From assembly GCA_902533035.1 (NCBI GenBank), contig CACAKI010000001.1, positions 33,917 to 97,916 on the forward strand: 64,000 bases of DNA. Direction: 5' to 3'. Position 1 is the first letter of the stretch. The number at the start of each line of letters is the position of its first letter. This DNA is from an uncultured Bacteroidota bacterium (GTDB lineage Bacteria > Bacteroidota > Bacteroidia > Flavobacteriales > TMED113). A model generated the notes under the pieces. It made no database searches. It saw nothing but the letters and a program-made list of their open reading frames with translations, and was not told the origin of the DNA. Below, piece by piece: positions 1-10,179 of the stretch. The position numbers and the translations under genes were made by a program.

Positions 1-1191
1 AGATTGATTCATAATAAAGTTCAAACTGACTATAGAAAAGACTATACAATTATTACAGACGCTATACATCAAGCTAGTTGCTTTGATAATTGGGTGAATG
101 TATATAAAGATATAATTAATTGGGAATTAGATTTAGATACTTTGAATGATGATTCAATAAAAGAAGTCTTATTAATGCAAAAAAAAGAAGCAAATAAATC
201 TTTTTTTAAATATATAAAAGATGAGTATATTTCTTGGTTTTCTGAAAACATTCATGAATCCCCACTTTTTTCTAATGAACTATTTTCTAAAAAAGTATTT
301 CCAGTAATTTCTCAAAAGCCATTGTTTTTTGTTTTAATTGATAATTTCAGACTAGATCAATGGGTTTTAATTAAGCCTTTTTTAGAACAACTTTTTGTAA
401 TATTAGAAGATTCAACTTACTGTAGCATATTACCAACTTCAACACAATATGCTAGAAATGCTATATTTTCAGGCTTAATGCCGTCTGAAATAAAACAAAA
501 TTTTCCGGATTTTTGGGTTGAAGACTTTCAATCAGGAGGCAAAAATTTATATGAAGACAAATTATTTAATGAACTTTTAATTAGAGAAAACAAATCATAT
601 AAAAAAAGTTATAATAAGATTCTAAATTTAGAATCAGGTAAAAAATTAGTTGATAAAATAGGTGATCTAATGAATAATGATTTAAATATTATTATTTATA
701 ATTTTGTGGATTTTTTATCTCATGCTAAGACCGATATTAAAATGATTAAGGAATTAGCTGGAGATGAAAAATCTTATAGGGATTTAACACTTACTTGGTT
801 TAAAAATTCACCTTTATTTGATTTGTTCAAAGAATTATCTTCTAAAAACATTGATTTAATTATTACCACAGATCATGGAACTATTAATGTTGAAAATGCA
901 TCAAGGATTGTTGGAGAAAAAGATATTTCAACAAATTTGAGATATAAAACAGGAAGAAGGATGAGTTTTGAGAGTAAAAACACATTCCACGTAGAAAACC
1001 CTAAATCAATTTATTTGCCGCATAGTAATATTACTTCATCTTTTGTTTTTGCTGGCGGTGATAATTTTTTTGCTTATCCAAATAACTTTAATCATTATGT
1101 TAATTATTATAAGAACACATATCAACATGGAGGGATCTCTTTAGAAGAAATGATAATACCTTTTGTACATTTGTCTAAAAAAGATGAATAA
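1..1191 (+). CDS. porX: PglZ (alkaline-phosphatase-fold) domain of a PorX-type response regulator. The 5' end, which would encode the receiver domain, lies outside the window.
   Basis: The frame is open to the window edge. PglZ-like motifs are present: DNFRLDQW, LPTSTQYARNAIFSG, TTDHGT, QHGGISLEEMIIPF. The ~395 aa seen equal a ~515 aa PorX minus its ~120 aa REC domain. Confidence 0.55.
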   Translation, partial: RLIHNKVQTDYRKDYTIITDAIHQASCFDNWVNVYKDIINWELDLDTLNDDSIKEVLLMQKKEANKSFFKYIKDEYISWFSENIHESPLFSNELFSKKVFPVISQKPLFFVLIDNFRLDQWVLIKPFLEQLFVILEDSTYCSILPTSTQYARNAIFSGLMPSEIKQNFPDFWVEDFQSGGKNLYEDKLFNELLIRENKSYKKSYNKILNLESGKKLVDKIGDLMNNDLNIIIYNFVDFLSHAKTDIKMIKELAGDEKSYRDLTLTWFKNSPLFDLFKELSSKNIDLIITTDHGTINVENASRIVGEKDISTNLRYKTGRRMSFESKNTFHVENPKSIYLPHSNITSSFVFAGGDNFFAYPNNFNHYVNYYKNTYQHGGISLEEMIIPFVHLSKKDE

Positions 1192-1597
1192 AAAAATAAA
1201 TATTTTTAATGAAGAAGATTTATTTAAAGTCGCTTCTTATATTTTATCTTCTTTTCCAAATCGTATTATTGCAATTAGTGGTAGTCTTGGTGCAGGTAAA
1301 ACAACTTTAATAAAAAGTTTTTGTGCTCAATTAGGAGTGATAGATGTTGTGTCTAGCCCAACTTTTCCAATTATTAATGAATATATGTGTCATAGTGGTG
1401 AAAAAATCTTTCATTTTGATTTTTATAGATTAACTTCCTTACAAGAAGCTTTAGATATAGGTTCAGAATTTTACTTAAATTTGGATGTTTATTGTTTTAT
1501 AGAATGGCCAGAATTAATTATACCTTTGTTACAAGACCAGGTATTGTTTTTAAATTTGGAAATTATAAATACAAAAAGAGTTTTAACTATATTATAA
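1184..1597 (+). CDS. tsaE: tRNA threonylcarbamoyladenosine (t6A) biosynthesis ATPase TsaE
   Basis: P-loop GSLGAGKTTLIK, SPTFPIINEY and HFDFYRL motifs. I prefer the ATG at 1184 (MNKKINIF...), which overlaps the porX stop as ATGAATAA, over the TTG at 1163 in the ORF track. Confidence 0.85.
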   Translation: MNKKINIFNEEDLFKVASYILSSFPNRIIAISGSLGAGKTTLIKSFCAQLGVIDVVSSPTFPIINEYMCHSGEKIFHFDFYRLTSLQEALDIGSEFYLNLDVYCFIEWPELIIPLLQDQVLFLNLEIINTKRVLTIL

Positions 1598-1602
1598 TTT
1601 AA

Positions 1603-2796
1603 ATGACAAAGGAATTTCTTTCATTTACAGAATCAGGTTTCTATCTTCCTCAAGAGGAAGTTTTAGAAACAAAACATGGAAAAAAAGCATTAGATATTGG
1701 AATACCTAAAGAAATTTTTTTGCAAGAAAAAAGAGTTGCTTTGGCTCCAGATACAGTTGCTTTATTAGTTAATCATGGCCATAATATTATTTTTGAAAGA
1801 GGTGCTGGTGTTTCCTGTAGTTTTTTAGATCATGAGTATAGTGAAGCTGGTGCGCAAATTGTAGATGATGTCAAGAAAGTATACCAAGCAGATATTGTTT
1901 TAAAAGTTTCTCCTCCAAATTTAGATGAACTTAATATGATGAAGAATGGATCGACATTAATTTCAGCACTACAATTAAAAATTCAAAAAAAAGAATATTT
2001 TCAAAAATTAATCAATAAAAAAACAACCGCCATTGCTTTTGACTATATAAAAGATGAGGAAGGAATTTTCCCGGTGGTTAGATCAATGAGTGAAATAGCA
2101 GGTAATGGTTCAATATTAATAGCAGCCGAATGTTTAAGTAATTTTAATGGAGGAAAAGGTCTGCTTTTAGGTGGTATTGCTGGAGTGAGTACAACAAACA
2201 TATTAATTATAGGCGCTGGAACTGTTGGTGAATTTGCCGCTCGTTCAGCAAAAGCATTAGGCTGTTCAGTTAAAATTTTTGATACATCTTTACATAAACT
2301 TCGAAGAATACAAGATAAGTTAGGCGTTAGATTAGATACTAGTATTATTCACCCAAAAGCTTTACAGAAAGCAATTAGAAGAGCTGATGTTGTTATTGGC
2401 GCTATAAGATTTAAAGATGAAAGAACACCTTGTGTTGTAAGTGAAGAAATGGTTAAAATGATGAAACCTCTTTCTGTTATTGTTGATGTTAGTATTGATA
2501 GAGGAGGGTGTTTTGAAACCTCAGAATTAACTTCTCATATTAATCCGACATATATTAAGCATGGTGTAATACATTATTGTGTTCCAAATATTCCCTCTAG
2601 AATGGCTCGTACTGCATCATTTGCTTTAAGTAATATATTCTCTTCCTTATTACTAAAAATTGCAAACTTGGGAGGTGTTAAAAATACAATTATACAAAAT
2701 GATAATATTTCTCAAGGTGTTTATGTTATTAATGGGAATTTAACAAATAAAGTAATAGGTGAATGGTATGACTTGCCTTTTAAAACTTTAAAATAA
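1603..2796 (+). CDS. ald: Alanine dehydrogenase / PNT-family NAD-dependent dehydrogenase
   Basis: 397 aa. Rossmann motif IIGAGTVGEFAARSAKALG, plus the AlaDH/PNT N-terminal pattern KE....EKRVALAPD and VDVSIDRGG. Confidence 0.7.
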   Translation: MTKEFLSFTESGFYLPQEEVLETKHGKKALDIGIPKEIFLQEKRVALAPDTVALLVNHGHNIIFERGAGVSCSFLDHEYSEAGAQIVDDVKKVYQADIVLKVSPPNLDELNMMKNGSTLISALQLKIQKKEYFQKLINKKTTAIAFDYIKDEEGIFPVVRSMSEIAGNGSILIAAECLSNFNGGKGLLLGGIAGVSTTNILIIGAGTVGEFAARSAKALGCSVKIFDTSLHKLRRIQDKLGVRLDTSIIHPKALQKAIRRADVVIGAIRFKDERTPCVVSEEMVKMMKPLSVIVDVSIDRGGCFETSELTSHINPTYIKHGVIHYCVPNIPSRMARTASFALSNIFSSLLLKIANLGGVKNTIIQNDNISQGVYVINGNLTNKVIGEWYDLPFKTLK

Positions 2797-2802
2797 TTTC
2801 AT

Positions 2803-3186
2803 ATGTCATTTAGTAATAGATTGATAATTTTTTTTTTCGGAATAATTATAGGTATTTTTTTAATAAGATTTATTTTTCCTTCTGAAAAAATCTCTAAAAT
2901 CACACAAGGTTATGTAAATTACTTCAAGGGGCATGATAAAATTATTGATTTTTTAATTCATGAAAAAGATCTTAAAAAGGAGGTAGAATCTGTTTTAGAT
3001 CTTTCAGAAGAAGACTCTCTTTTTTATTATGATTTGATTCAAAATTCAGATTTAAAAATAATATCCAGAAAACCGTGTTTTCAATACTTATTAAAACCTA
3101 ATGAAGAATATTCTATCTTAGAATTATTAATTGAAAAATGTGAAAAAAAAGTGTCTTTAATTAGATTTGAGTTTAAGAAAGATTAG
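2803..3186 (+). CDS. Hypothetical small membrane-anchored protein
   Basis: 127-aa ORF with one N-terminal hydrophobic helix (LIIFFFGIIIGIFLIRFIF). No motif I recognise. The 3' end overlaps the convergent proline dehydrogenase gene by 14 nt. Confidence 0.5.
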   Translation: MSFSNRLIIFFFGIIIGIFLIRFIFPSEKISKITQGYVNYFKGHDKIIDFLIHEKDLKKEVESVLDLSEEDSLFYYDLIQNSDLKIISRKPCFQYLLKPNEEYSILELLIEKCEKKVSLIRFEFKKD

Positions 3187-4312
3187 CTCTTCTTCTATCC
3201 AATTCTTTTTTTATAAGCTTTAATTCTCTAGAAGTTTGCCCTTTTACTGACGAATTTTCTTCTGCTCTTCGAATTAAATAAGGGATCATTTCTTTAATAG
3301 GTCCAAATGGAATATATTTTGCCACATTGTATCTATTTTTTGCTAAGTTATAGCTAATGTGGTCACTCATTCCTAGTAATTGTGAAAAGTAAATTCGTTT
3401 ATCATTTGGATGTATATTATGCTCTTTCATTATTTTTGTTAGATATAATGAGCTTTCTTCATTATGAGTGCCCACAAATATTGAAATATCATGAATGTTT
3501 TGCACACAATATTTCAATGCATTATTAAAATCTCTATCACAATCTTCTTTAGTCTCTTGTATGGGTGACACAGATTTATTTTTTTTAGCATAAGCACGTT
3601 CTTTTTCCATATAAGCTCCACGAACTAGTTTTAATCCTATTTTAAAATGTTCTTTTTTAGCTTGTAAGTGTAGTTTTTTTATGTAGTGTAATCGATCTTT
3701 TCTATATAATTGAACAGTGTTATATATAATGACTTCAGTTTTATTAAACTCTTTCATTAATATTTCTGTTATTTTATCTATTCCATTTTGTATCCAACTT
3801 TCTTCTGCATCAATTAGAATAGGAATGTTATTTTTTTGTGCAGTTTCAAATAATACTTTGATTTTTTCAGTATTTTTTTGACACCAAAAATCAGTTACAT
3901 AAGAATCGTTCATTAATGTTAAAACGCCACTCATTTTAAAAACACAAAATGGGATATTAATATTTTCTTTACTTGCTTCTAGTGTTTGGAGAATAGCATC
4001 AAATGTTCGTTTTCTTTTGTCACTAGTATTTTTCCCTTCTACACAATAATCAAGAGTAGATTTAATATTATACTGTGACAAATCAATGATTAAATTTTGA
4101 CATTCTTCAATTGTTTCACCTCCGCAAAATTGTTTAAAGAATAGTTTTTTTATTATAGAATTAATTGGAATTCTTAACAAAATAGCAATTTGCAAAAAGA
4201 CCTTTCCTAGCTTTACTAGAAATGTGCTTTTCAATAGTTGAAATAATTTTTTAGATTTTTTTAAATCTTTTTCAGATTTTGAATGGAAAGATATTTCAGT
4301 ATTTTCAAACAT
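3173..4312 (-). CDS. Proline dehydrogenase (monofunctional PRODH family)
   Basis: Motifs LDYCVEG, IDAEESW, YNTVQLYRKDR, KLVRGAYMEKER, FSQLLGMSD and IPYLIRRAEENSSV are typical of the PutA-type PRODH barrel. Confidence 0.85.
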   Translation of the reverse strand: MFENTEISFHSKSEKDLKKSKKLFQLLKSTFLVKLGKVFLQIAILLRIPINSIIKKLFFKQFCGGETIEECQNLIIDLSQYNIKSTLDYCVEGKNTSDKRKRTFDAILQTLEASKENINIPFCVFKMSGVLTLMNDSYVTDFWCQKNTEKIKVLFETAQKNNIPILIDAEESWIQNGIDKITEILMKEFNKTEVIIYNTVQLYRKDRLHYIKKLHLQAKKEHFKIGLKLVRGAYMEKERAYAKKNKSVSPIQETKEDCDRDFNNALKYCVQNIHDISIFVGTHNEESSLYLTKIMKEHNIHPNDKRIYFSQLLGMSDHISYNLAKNRYNVAKYIPFGPIKEMIPYLIRRAEENSSVKGQTSRELKLIKKELDRRRANLS

Positions 4313-4400
4313 AGCTTAATGCAAATATATTAAAACAAGATTTAACGTTTTTTAAGTTGTTTTGATTTATATTTAGATTTATTCTTTTAATAAAAAAATA

Positions 4401-5447
4401 TTGAAAAAATCAATTATTTTAATAGGTGCCGATTCATTTTCTGATGCGCAAGTATTTTTTAATAAATTTGAAAAAGAAAAAATATTTATAATAGTAGACG
4501 CTAATACTAATAAGTTTTGCTTAGATATTTTTTTTTCTTTTTTTCCATTTCTTAAAAAATCTATTATTCTAGAAATAGAAGCAGGAGAGCTCCACAAATC
4601 AATTAGTACTATTATTGCTTTATCAAATCAATTAATTAAATATAAAGCAGAAAAACAATCTTTGTTAATTAATTTAGGGGGAGGTGTGATTTCTGATCTG
4701 GGCGGGTTCTTAGCTTCTATATTGAATAGAGGAATTAGATATGTAAATATTCCAACTACTTTATTGTCACAAGTAGATGCTTCAATAGGAGGAAAAACAG
4801 CTGTTAATTTTAATCAAATCAAAAATAAATTAGGTTTTTTTTATGCTCCTAGTTTAGTGTTAATTATTCCAGGATTTCTTAAAACTTTACATAAAAATGA
4901 ATTAATTTCTGGTTTTGGGGAAATCTTTAAGTATTCTTTGATATATGATAAGAGAATGTGGAATGTATTAAAAAAAACAGAATTTCAATTAGGCTCTATC
5001 TTAGAAGATTTAATATCAAAGTCGGTAATTATAAAAGAAAATATTGTCCAGCGAGATCCATTTGATGATCATGTAAGAAAAACATTAAATTTTGGACATA
5101 CTATTGGTCATGCAATAGAATCAGTATATTTTTTGGATTCTAAATTTAATCACGGTATTTGTGTAGTTATAGGGATGATATGTGAATCATATATTTCAAA
5201 TAAATTAAATTACCTTTCTGATTCTACTTTTTTAGAGATACAGAAAACATTATTCTCTAAATTTTCACTTTCTAAAATTAATAATATAGAAGATGTGTTG
5301 TTTTTCATTAAAGAGGATAAGAAAAATAAATCCAACAAGGTTAATATTATAACTATTTCAGAAATAGGAAAAGCTCATTTTGATGTTTTTGTTAGTGAAG
5401 ATGATTTGAAAGAATCCTTAATATTTTTTAATTCTTTACATGAGTAA
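4401..5447 (+). CDS. aroB: 3-dehydroquinate synthase
   Basis: GGGVISDLGGFLAS, IPTTLLSQVDASIGGKTAVN and the FGHTIGHAIE metal site. The apparent start is TTG, with no in-frame ATG nearby. Confidence 0.9.
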   Translation: MKKSIILIGADSFSDAQVFFNKFEKEKIFIIVDANTNKFCLDIFFSFFPFLKKSIILEIEAGELHKSISTIIALSNQLIKYKAEKQSLLINLGGGVISDLGGFLASILNRGIRYVNIPTTLLSQVDASIGGKTAVNFNQIKNKLGFFYAPSLVLIIPGFLKTLHKNELISGFGEIFKYSLIYDKRMWNVLKKTEFQLGSILEDLISKSVIIKENIVQRDPFDDHVRKTLNFGHTIGHAIESVYFLDSKFNHGICVVIGMICESYISNKLNYLSDSTFLEIQKTLFSKFSLSKINNIEDVLFFIKEDKKNKSNKVNIITISEIGKAHFDVFVSEDDLKESLIFFNSLHE

Positions 5448-6672
5448 GTTCATTTTAAATTTCAAGAATTTTAAGTCTAATCTAAAATTAGAAATATGTG
5501 GTTCGAAAAGTATTTCGCAACGAGCATTAGTTATCAATTTTTTGAATTCGAGCAAAAAAAAAATAATCAATTTGTCTAATTCGGATGATACTAAAACTCT
5601 TTGTCACATTTTAAATGATCTAAAAAATTCATTAAACGTAAAAGATGGAGGTACAACATTACGTTTTTTATTATCTGTTTTATCTTTGAGAAAGGGTGCT
5701 TTTTTTATAAATGGTAGTACGTCTTTAAAAAAGAGGCCTTTAAAACAATTGATTGTTAATTTAAAAAAAATGGGAGTGTTATTTAAATTTCAAAAACAAG
5801 ACTATCAAATTCCTTTGCATATTATAGGTGGCAATTTAAAATCTAAAGAATTAATAATAGATTCTAATGAGACTAGCCAGTTTGCTTCTTCTTTAGCTCT
5901 GATCGCACCATATGTTCATGGTGGTTTGAAGTTAATTTTTAAAGATGGGATTGTTTCTCCGTCTTATTTTAATATGACAATTCAAATGATGAAAATATGT
6001 GGCGCTAAAATTTTTTGTTCTAAAAATTTTCTTCTAATTAAAGATGGCGGGTATCAAAAAGATTATGATAAAATAGAATCGGATTGGACTTCCTTGTCTT
6101 ATATTTATGAAATCATAGCATTTTCAAACAATAGTTCCATTATTTGTTCTAAATTCTATAAGAATAGTTTGCAGCCTGATTCCAAACAGATTTATTTTTT
6201 TAATTTACTTGGTGTTAAAACATGTTTTGATAATGGAAAAATAATTTTAAAAAAAAACAAAAACCTTCCATTACCAAAGTTTATTCAATGGGATGTGTTA
6301 GACACACCAGATCTTACTTTAAGTTATATAGTTTCTTGTTTAGGATTAGGAATTAATTTGAAATTAACTGGAATTCAAACTTTAATGTATAAAGAATCTA
6401 ATAGGTTGAAAGTCATGAAAAAAGAATTAGAAAAATTTAATGTGAAAGTTGTGTTAACTGAAAATTCCTTTTTTATGGATAGTTCTTCGAGAAAATTTAA
6501 ACGACAATTTATAAACACTTATTTTGATCATAGAATAGCATTAGCCTTTTCCCCTTTGGTCTTACTTACTAAAGAATTAGTTTTTGATGATTTTAATGTT
6601 GTTTCTAAATCATATCCAGCATTTTGGAATGATTTAGAAAAAATAGGCATAAAAATTAGGTCAGAAGATTAA
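5440..6672 (+). CDS. aroA: 3-phosphoshikimate 1-carboxyvinyltransferase (EPSP synthase)
   Basis: GSKSISQRALV, GGTTLRFL, LKKRP and DHRIALAF motifs. There is an 8-nt overlap (ATGAGTAA) with aroB. Confidence 0.9.
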   Translation: MSKFILNFKNFKSNLKLEICGSKSISQRALVINFLNSSKKKIINLSNSDDTKTLCHILNDLKNSLNVKDGGTTLRFLLSVLSLRKGAFFINGSTSLKKRPLKQLIVNLKKMGVLFKFQKQDYQIPLHIIGGNLKSKELIIDSNETSQFASSLALIAPYVHGGLKLIFKDGIVSPSYFNMTIQMMKICGAKIFCSKNFLLIKDGGYQKDYDKIESDWTSLSYIYEIIAFSNNSSIICSKFYKNSLQPDSKQIYFFNLLGVKTCFDNGKIILKKNKNLPLPKFIQWDVLDTPDLTLSYIVSCLGLGINLKLTGIQTLMYKESNRLKVMKKELEKFNVKVVLTENSFFMDSSSRKFKRQFINTYFDHRIALAFSPLVLLTKELVFDDFNVVSKSYPAFWNDLEKIGIKIRSED

Positions 6673-6678
6673 TGTTTT

Positions 6679-6686
6679 TACATTTG
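6679..6686 (+). promoter_or_regulatory. Candidate Bacteroidota -7 promoter box (TACATTTG = TAnnTTTG) upstream of marC
   Basis: Exact TAnnTTTG match 20 nt upstream of the marC ATG, in the 33-bp aroA-marC gap. No clear -33 TTTG partner. Confidence 0.3.
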
Positions 6687-6705
6687 CAAAAAAATATAGA
6701 TATAT

Positions 6706-7269
6706 ATGATACAATTTGCAGATTTATTAACTATAACATTAACCTTGTTTGCCGTGATAGATATTTTAGGAAATATTCCTTTAATGATTAGTATTAAACA
6801 AAAAACGGGTCATATAAACGCCCTAAAAGTCACATGGATATCTACTTTTATAATGCTTGTTTTTTTATTTATAGGAGAAGAAATTTTAAATCTAATAGGA
6901 ATAGATTTAAAATCGTTTTCATTGGCTGGTGCTGTTGTGATTTTTTTAATAGCTATTGAGATGATTTTAAATATTGAACTTTTCAGACCTGCTAAGCAAG
7001 CAAAAAAAGTTAGTGATGTAGTTCCTATTGCTTTTCCTTTAATTGCTGGTGCAGGAACATTAACAACTTTATTATCCTTGAAATCTATAGAAGTTTACAG
7101 TTATTTAGAGATTTTTTTAGGTATAATTATTAATGTATTTTTTATCTATATTGTATTGAAAATGCTAATTCCCATAGAAAAATTATTAGGGCCCGTAGGC
7201 ATAGAGATTCTGAGAAGAGTTTTTGGGATTCTTCTTTTAGCTATAGCAATAAAGTTAAGTGGTTTATAG
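6706..7269 (+). CDS. marC: MarC-family (UPF0056) integral membrane protein
   Basis: 187 aa with about 6 hydrophobic helices. IDILGNIPL and PIAFPLIAGAGTLTT motifs are typical of the MarC family. Confidence 0.8.
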   Translation: MIQFADLLTITLTLFAVIDILGNIPLMISIKQKTGHINALKVTWISTFIMLVFLFIGEEILNLIGIDLKSFSLAGAVVIFLIAIEMILNIELFRPAKQAKKVSDVVPIAFPLIAGAGTLTTLLSLKSIEVYSYLEIFLGIIINVFFIYIVLKMLIPIEKLLGPVGIEILRRVFGILLLAIAIKLSGL

Positions 7270-7271
7270 TT

Positions 7272-7778
7272 CTAAGATATTCTAAATTTAAATTTTTCTT
7301 TTTCTAAATCTTGATTAGCTTTGACAATTTTATTTTTCAACTCTTTTTTATAAGCTATGGTTTTAGCAAAGATTTCACTATTATTCGTAGCTAACATTTG
7401 AGCTGCAAGTATTCCAGCATTTAATGAACCATTAATGGCTACTGTTGCTACTGGTATTCCAGGGGGCATTTGTACAATAGCTAATAAAGAATCAAGCCCA
7501 TCTAATGATGCTTTGATAGGGACACCTATTACAGGAACTGGTGTCATAGCCGCAATTACACCTGGTAAATGAGCTGCCATCCCTGCACCAGCAATAATAA
7601 CTTTTATTCCATTTTCCACAGAATTTTTTGCAAATTTTTCAACTTCTTCTGGGGTTCTGTGAGCTGATAAAGCGTTAACTTCAAAGGGTATTTCCATTGT
7701 TTCAAAAAAATCAGCTGCTTTTTTCATTACAGGCCAATCAGATGTGCTTCCCATTATAATACTTACTATTGCTTTCAT
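7272..7778 (-). CDS. purE: 5-(carboxyamino)imidazole ribonucleotide mutase (class I PurE)
   Basis: IIMGSTSDWPVM, SAHRTP and IIAGAGMAAHLPGV motifs. Confidence 0.95.
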   Translation of the reverse strand: MKAIVSIIMGSTSDWPVMKKAADFFETMEIPFEVNALSAHRTPEEVEKFAKNSVENGIKVIIAGAGMAAHLPGVIAAMTPVPVIGVPIKASLDGLDSLLAIVQMPPGIPVATVAINGSLNAGILAAQMLATNNSEIFAKTIAYKKELKNKIVKANQDLEKEKFKFRIS

Positions 7779-7906
7779 GTATTTTAATTTTTAAATTTTG
7801 AAAAAGTAAAAATAATCTTTTAAGTGAAAAAAAGATATTATCGTAATAAATTATTTCATTTTTTTTTGTTTTAATTGTTTAACTTGTAGTTAATTATCAA
7901 TTTATT

Positions 7907-8485
7907 ATGTTAAATATTTTAATTTTTGGTCCTCCGGGTTGTGGGAAAGGAACACAATCTGAATTTTTAGCAATTCAGTATAATTTAAAACACTTGTCTA
8001 CAGGAGATATTTTTAGGGAAAACATTAAAAACAAAACTGATTTAGGAATTGAAGCAAAAACATACATAGATCAAGGACAATTAGTCCCTGATTTTATTAC
8101 CATTAATATGTTAGGTGAAAAAATGCAAAGCAAGAGTGATTTTAATGGGTTCCTTTTTGATGGTTTTCCAAGAACCATAAAACAAGCAGAATCTTTAGAT
8201 GACTTTTTGTTTAAAATGAATCAAGAAATTTCTATGATGATATGTATTGAAGTCCCAAAAGAAGAATTAGTAAAAAGGCTTTTAAAAAGAGGTAAAAGTA
8301 GTGATAGAGCAGATGATCAAAACAAAGAAATTATTTTAAGTAGGATAAAAGTTTATAAAGAACAAACGGAGATACTTAAAGAATATTATGATCAAAAAAA
8401 TAAATTTTTTAATATAGATGGAATGTCCACAATAGATGATGTCAAACAAAAAATATTTTCTTTAATTAATAATCATCAGAAATAA
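7907..8485 (+). CDS. adk: Adenylate kinase (short-lid form)
   Basis: P-loop GPPGCGKGTQ, LSTGDIFR and FLFDGFPRT motifs. Confidence 0.95.
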   Translation: MLNILIFGPPGCGKGTQSEFLAIQYNLKHLSTGDIFRENIKNKTDLGIEAKTYIDQGQLVPDFITINMLGEKMQSKSDFNGFLFDGFPRTIKQAESLDDFLFKMNQEISMMICIEVPKEELVKRLLKRGKSSDRADDQNKEIILSRIKVYKEQTEILKEYYDQKNKFFNIDGMSTIDDVKQKIFSLINNHQK

Positions 8486-8507
8486 CTTTAATTTTTTTTA
8501 AAATATA

Positions 8508-9515
8508 ATGGCGAATTCAAAAAGTAATTTTGTTGATTTTGTGAAAATATTTTGCAAATCTGGAAATGGGGGGAGTGGTTCAGCTCATTTAAGAAGAGAT
8601 AAACTCACTTCAAAGGGTGGTCCTGATGGTGGAGATGGTGGTAGAGGCGGGCATGTTATAGTTAGGGCTAATAGAAACAAATGGACTTTGTTGCATTTAA
8701 AATATACTAGACATATTAAGGCTGATCATGGTCAAAAGGGAGGTAAAAGTTTGAGTTCAGGTTCTCAGGGAAAAGATATTTACATTGATGTTCCTCTTGG
8801 AACAGTAGTTAAAAATACTATAAATGATCAATTTTTATTTGAGCTAGATAATGATCAAGAGGAATTTATTTTATTACATGGAGGAATAGGTGGTAAGGGA
8901 AATGCTTTTTTTAAAAGCTCCACTAGGCAAACTCCAAGGTTTTCACAAAGTGGTCAATTAGGAAAAGAAGGTGAGTTTTCTTTTGAATTAAAAGTTTTAG
9001 CTGATGTTGGTTTAGTGGGGTTTCCAAATGCTGGAAAATCAACACTTCTTTCAGTTATTACTTCTGCAAAACCAAAAATCGCAGATTATGAGTTTACTAC
9101 TTTGGTTCCAAATTTAGGTATTGTAAATTATCGAAATGAACATTCATTTGTAATGGCTGATATTCCGGGAATTATTGAGGGGGCTAGTGAAGGAAAAGGA
9201 TTAGGTTATAGGTTTTTAAGGCACATAGAAAGAAACTCTTGTTTAATTTTTTTGATTCCTATGAATGAAAAAAATTTTTTAGAAAAATATCATATTTTAT
9301 TAAATGAAATTGAAAAGTATGATAAGACTATGTTGACAAAAAAAAGAATTTTAGTAATTTCAAAATGTGATCTAGGGGATCAAAAATTAAAAGATAAAAT
9401 ATCTAAAAAAATTGGAAAAAAAATTCCATTTGTTTTTATTTCATCTATTGCAAGTACCGGGCTAATTGATTTAAAGGATTGTTTATGGTCTATGTTAAAT
9501 CCAAATCATGATTGA
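8508..9515 (+). CDS. obg: GTPase Obg/CgtA
   Basis: Gly-rich Obg fold ([24 protein letters not shown]) followed by the G domain [20 protein letters not shown] and SKCD. Confidence 0.95.
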   Translation: MANSKSNFVDFVKIFCKSGNGGSGSAHLRRDKLTSKGGPDGGDGGRGGHVIVRANRNKWTLLHLKYTRHIKADHGQKGGKSLSSGSQGKDIYIDVPLGTVVKNTINDQFLFELDNDQEEFILLHGGIGGKGNAFFKSSTRQTPRFSQSGQLGKEGEFSFELKVLADVGLVGFPNAGKSTLLSVITSAKPKIADYEFTTLVPNLGIVNYRNEHSFVMADIPGIIEGASEGKGLGYRFLRHIERNSCLIFLIPMNEKNFLEKYHILLNEIEKYDKTMLTKKRILVISKCDLGDQKLKDKISKKIGKKIPFVFISSIASTGLIDLKDCLWSMLNPNHD

Positions 9516-10080
9516 TAGATTAATCCAATTTGATAAAGATCTTTTTTTATTTCTTAATAAAGGAAGTTCTTTTTTAGATAATTTTTTTGTATTTATTACG
9601 AATAAGCAAACTATGGCATTATTTATAATTCCAACAGTTTTTTTTCTTGCTTATAATTATCAAAAAACAAAAATAAAATATATTCTGGGTTGTATTTTTT
9701 TAACTTTCATTTTAACTGATTTGATTCATTTTTATGGTTTTAAAGAAGTTTTTCAAAGACTTAGACCGTGTTGGGATCCTGAAATTTCTGAAATCTGCAG
9801 AATTTTAGTTGAAAAAGGTGGGTATTATGGTTTTGTTTCTGGGCATGCTTCTAGTACAGTAGGTATGATAAGTATGATTTTTTTTTCAATTCCTAATTTA
9901 AAATTATGGGTAAAGGATCTTTTGGTTATATGGGCTATTTTAATTTGCTATAGTAGGATTTATGTTGGAAAACATTTTCCTTTAGACATTATATTTGGAG
10001 CCTTACTAGGTTTTTGTATAGCTTTTATAGTATATAAATTATTTTTCCCTTCTAAGCCAATAAACAATTATAGAAAGTAA
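9508..10080 (+). CDS. PAP2-superfamily lipid phosphatase
   Basis: All three PAP2 motifs are present: FQRLRP, SGHAS and [12 protein letters not shown]. It has several TM helices and an 8-nt overlap with obg. Confidence 0.8.
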   Translation: MIDRLIQFDKDLFLFLNKGSSFLDNFFVFITNKQTMALFIIPTVFFLAYNYQKTKIKYILGCIFLTFILTDLIHFYGFKEVFQRLRPCWDPEISEICRILVEKGGYYGFVSGHASSTVGMISMIFFSIPNLKLWVKDLLVIWAILICYSRIYVGKHFPLDIIFGALLGFCIAFIVYKLFFPSKPINNYRK

Positions 10081-10179
10081 TACCGCAATTAAAATATCCA
10101 ACCATGGATCTGCTTTTGGATATCCAATATTCCATATAATAACTAAAAAAATCCAAAAAATATAGATTTTATCAATCAT
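10039..10179 (-). CDS. Candidate 46-aa two-helix membrane peptide, below the 60-aa cutoff of the ORF track
   Basis: My translation of the minus strand is [46 protein letters not shown]. Its ATG overlaps the TAA of the upstream O-methyltransferase as TAATG. Its last 42 nt run antisense through the 3' end of the PAP2 gene. Confidence 0.3.
   Translation of the reverse strand: MIDKIYIFWIFLVIIWNIGYPKADPWLDILIAVLLSIIVYWLRREK

Noticed and set aside
2828-2837. T10 homopolymer within codons 9-12 of the small membrane-protein ORF, considered as a possible slipped-strand phase-variation switch
   Set aside because: Runs of 10 A or T also occur inside essential or housekeeping genes here, for example within the O-methyltransferase near 10292..10302 and within uvrD near 34302..34311. 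They reflect base composition (Lys and Phe codons) and are not contingency loci.
7779-7906. 128-bp purE<>adk divergent intergenic region, checked for a riboswitch, sRNA or small ORF
   Set aside because: The region is almost pure AT, with no stable helices. The only ORF is a 16-codon GTG-started string with no supporting features. It is most simply a pair of divergent promoters.
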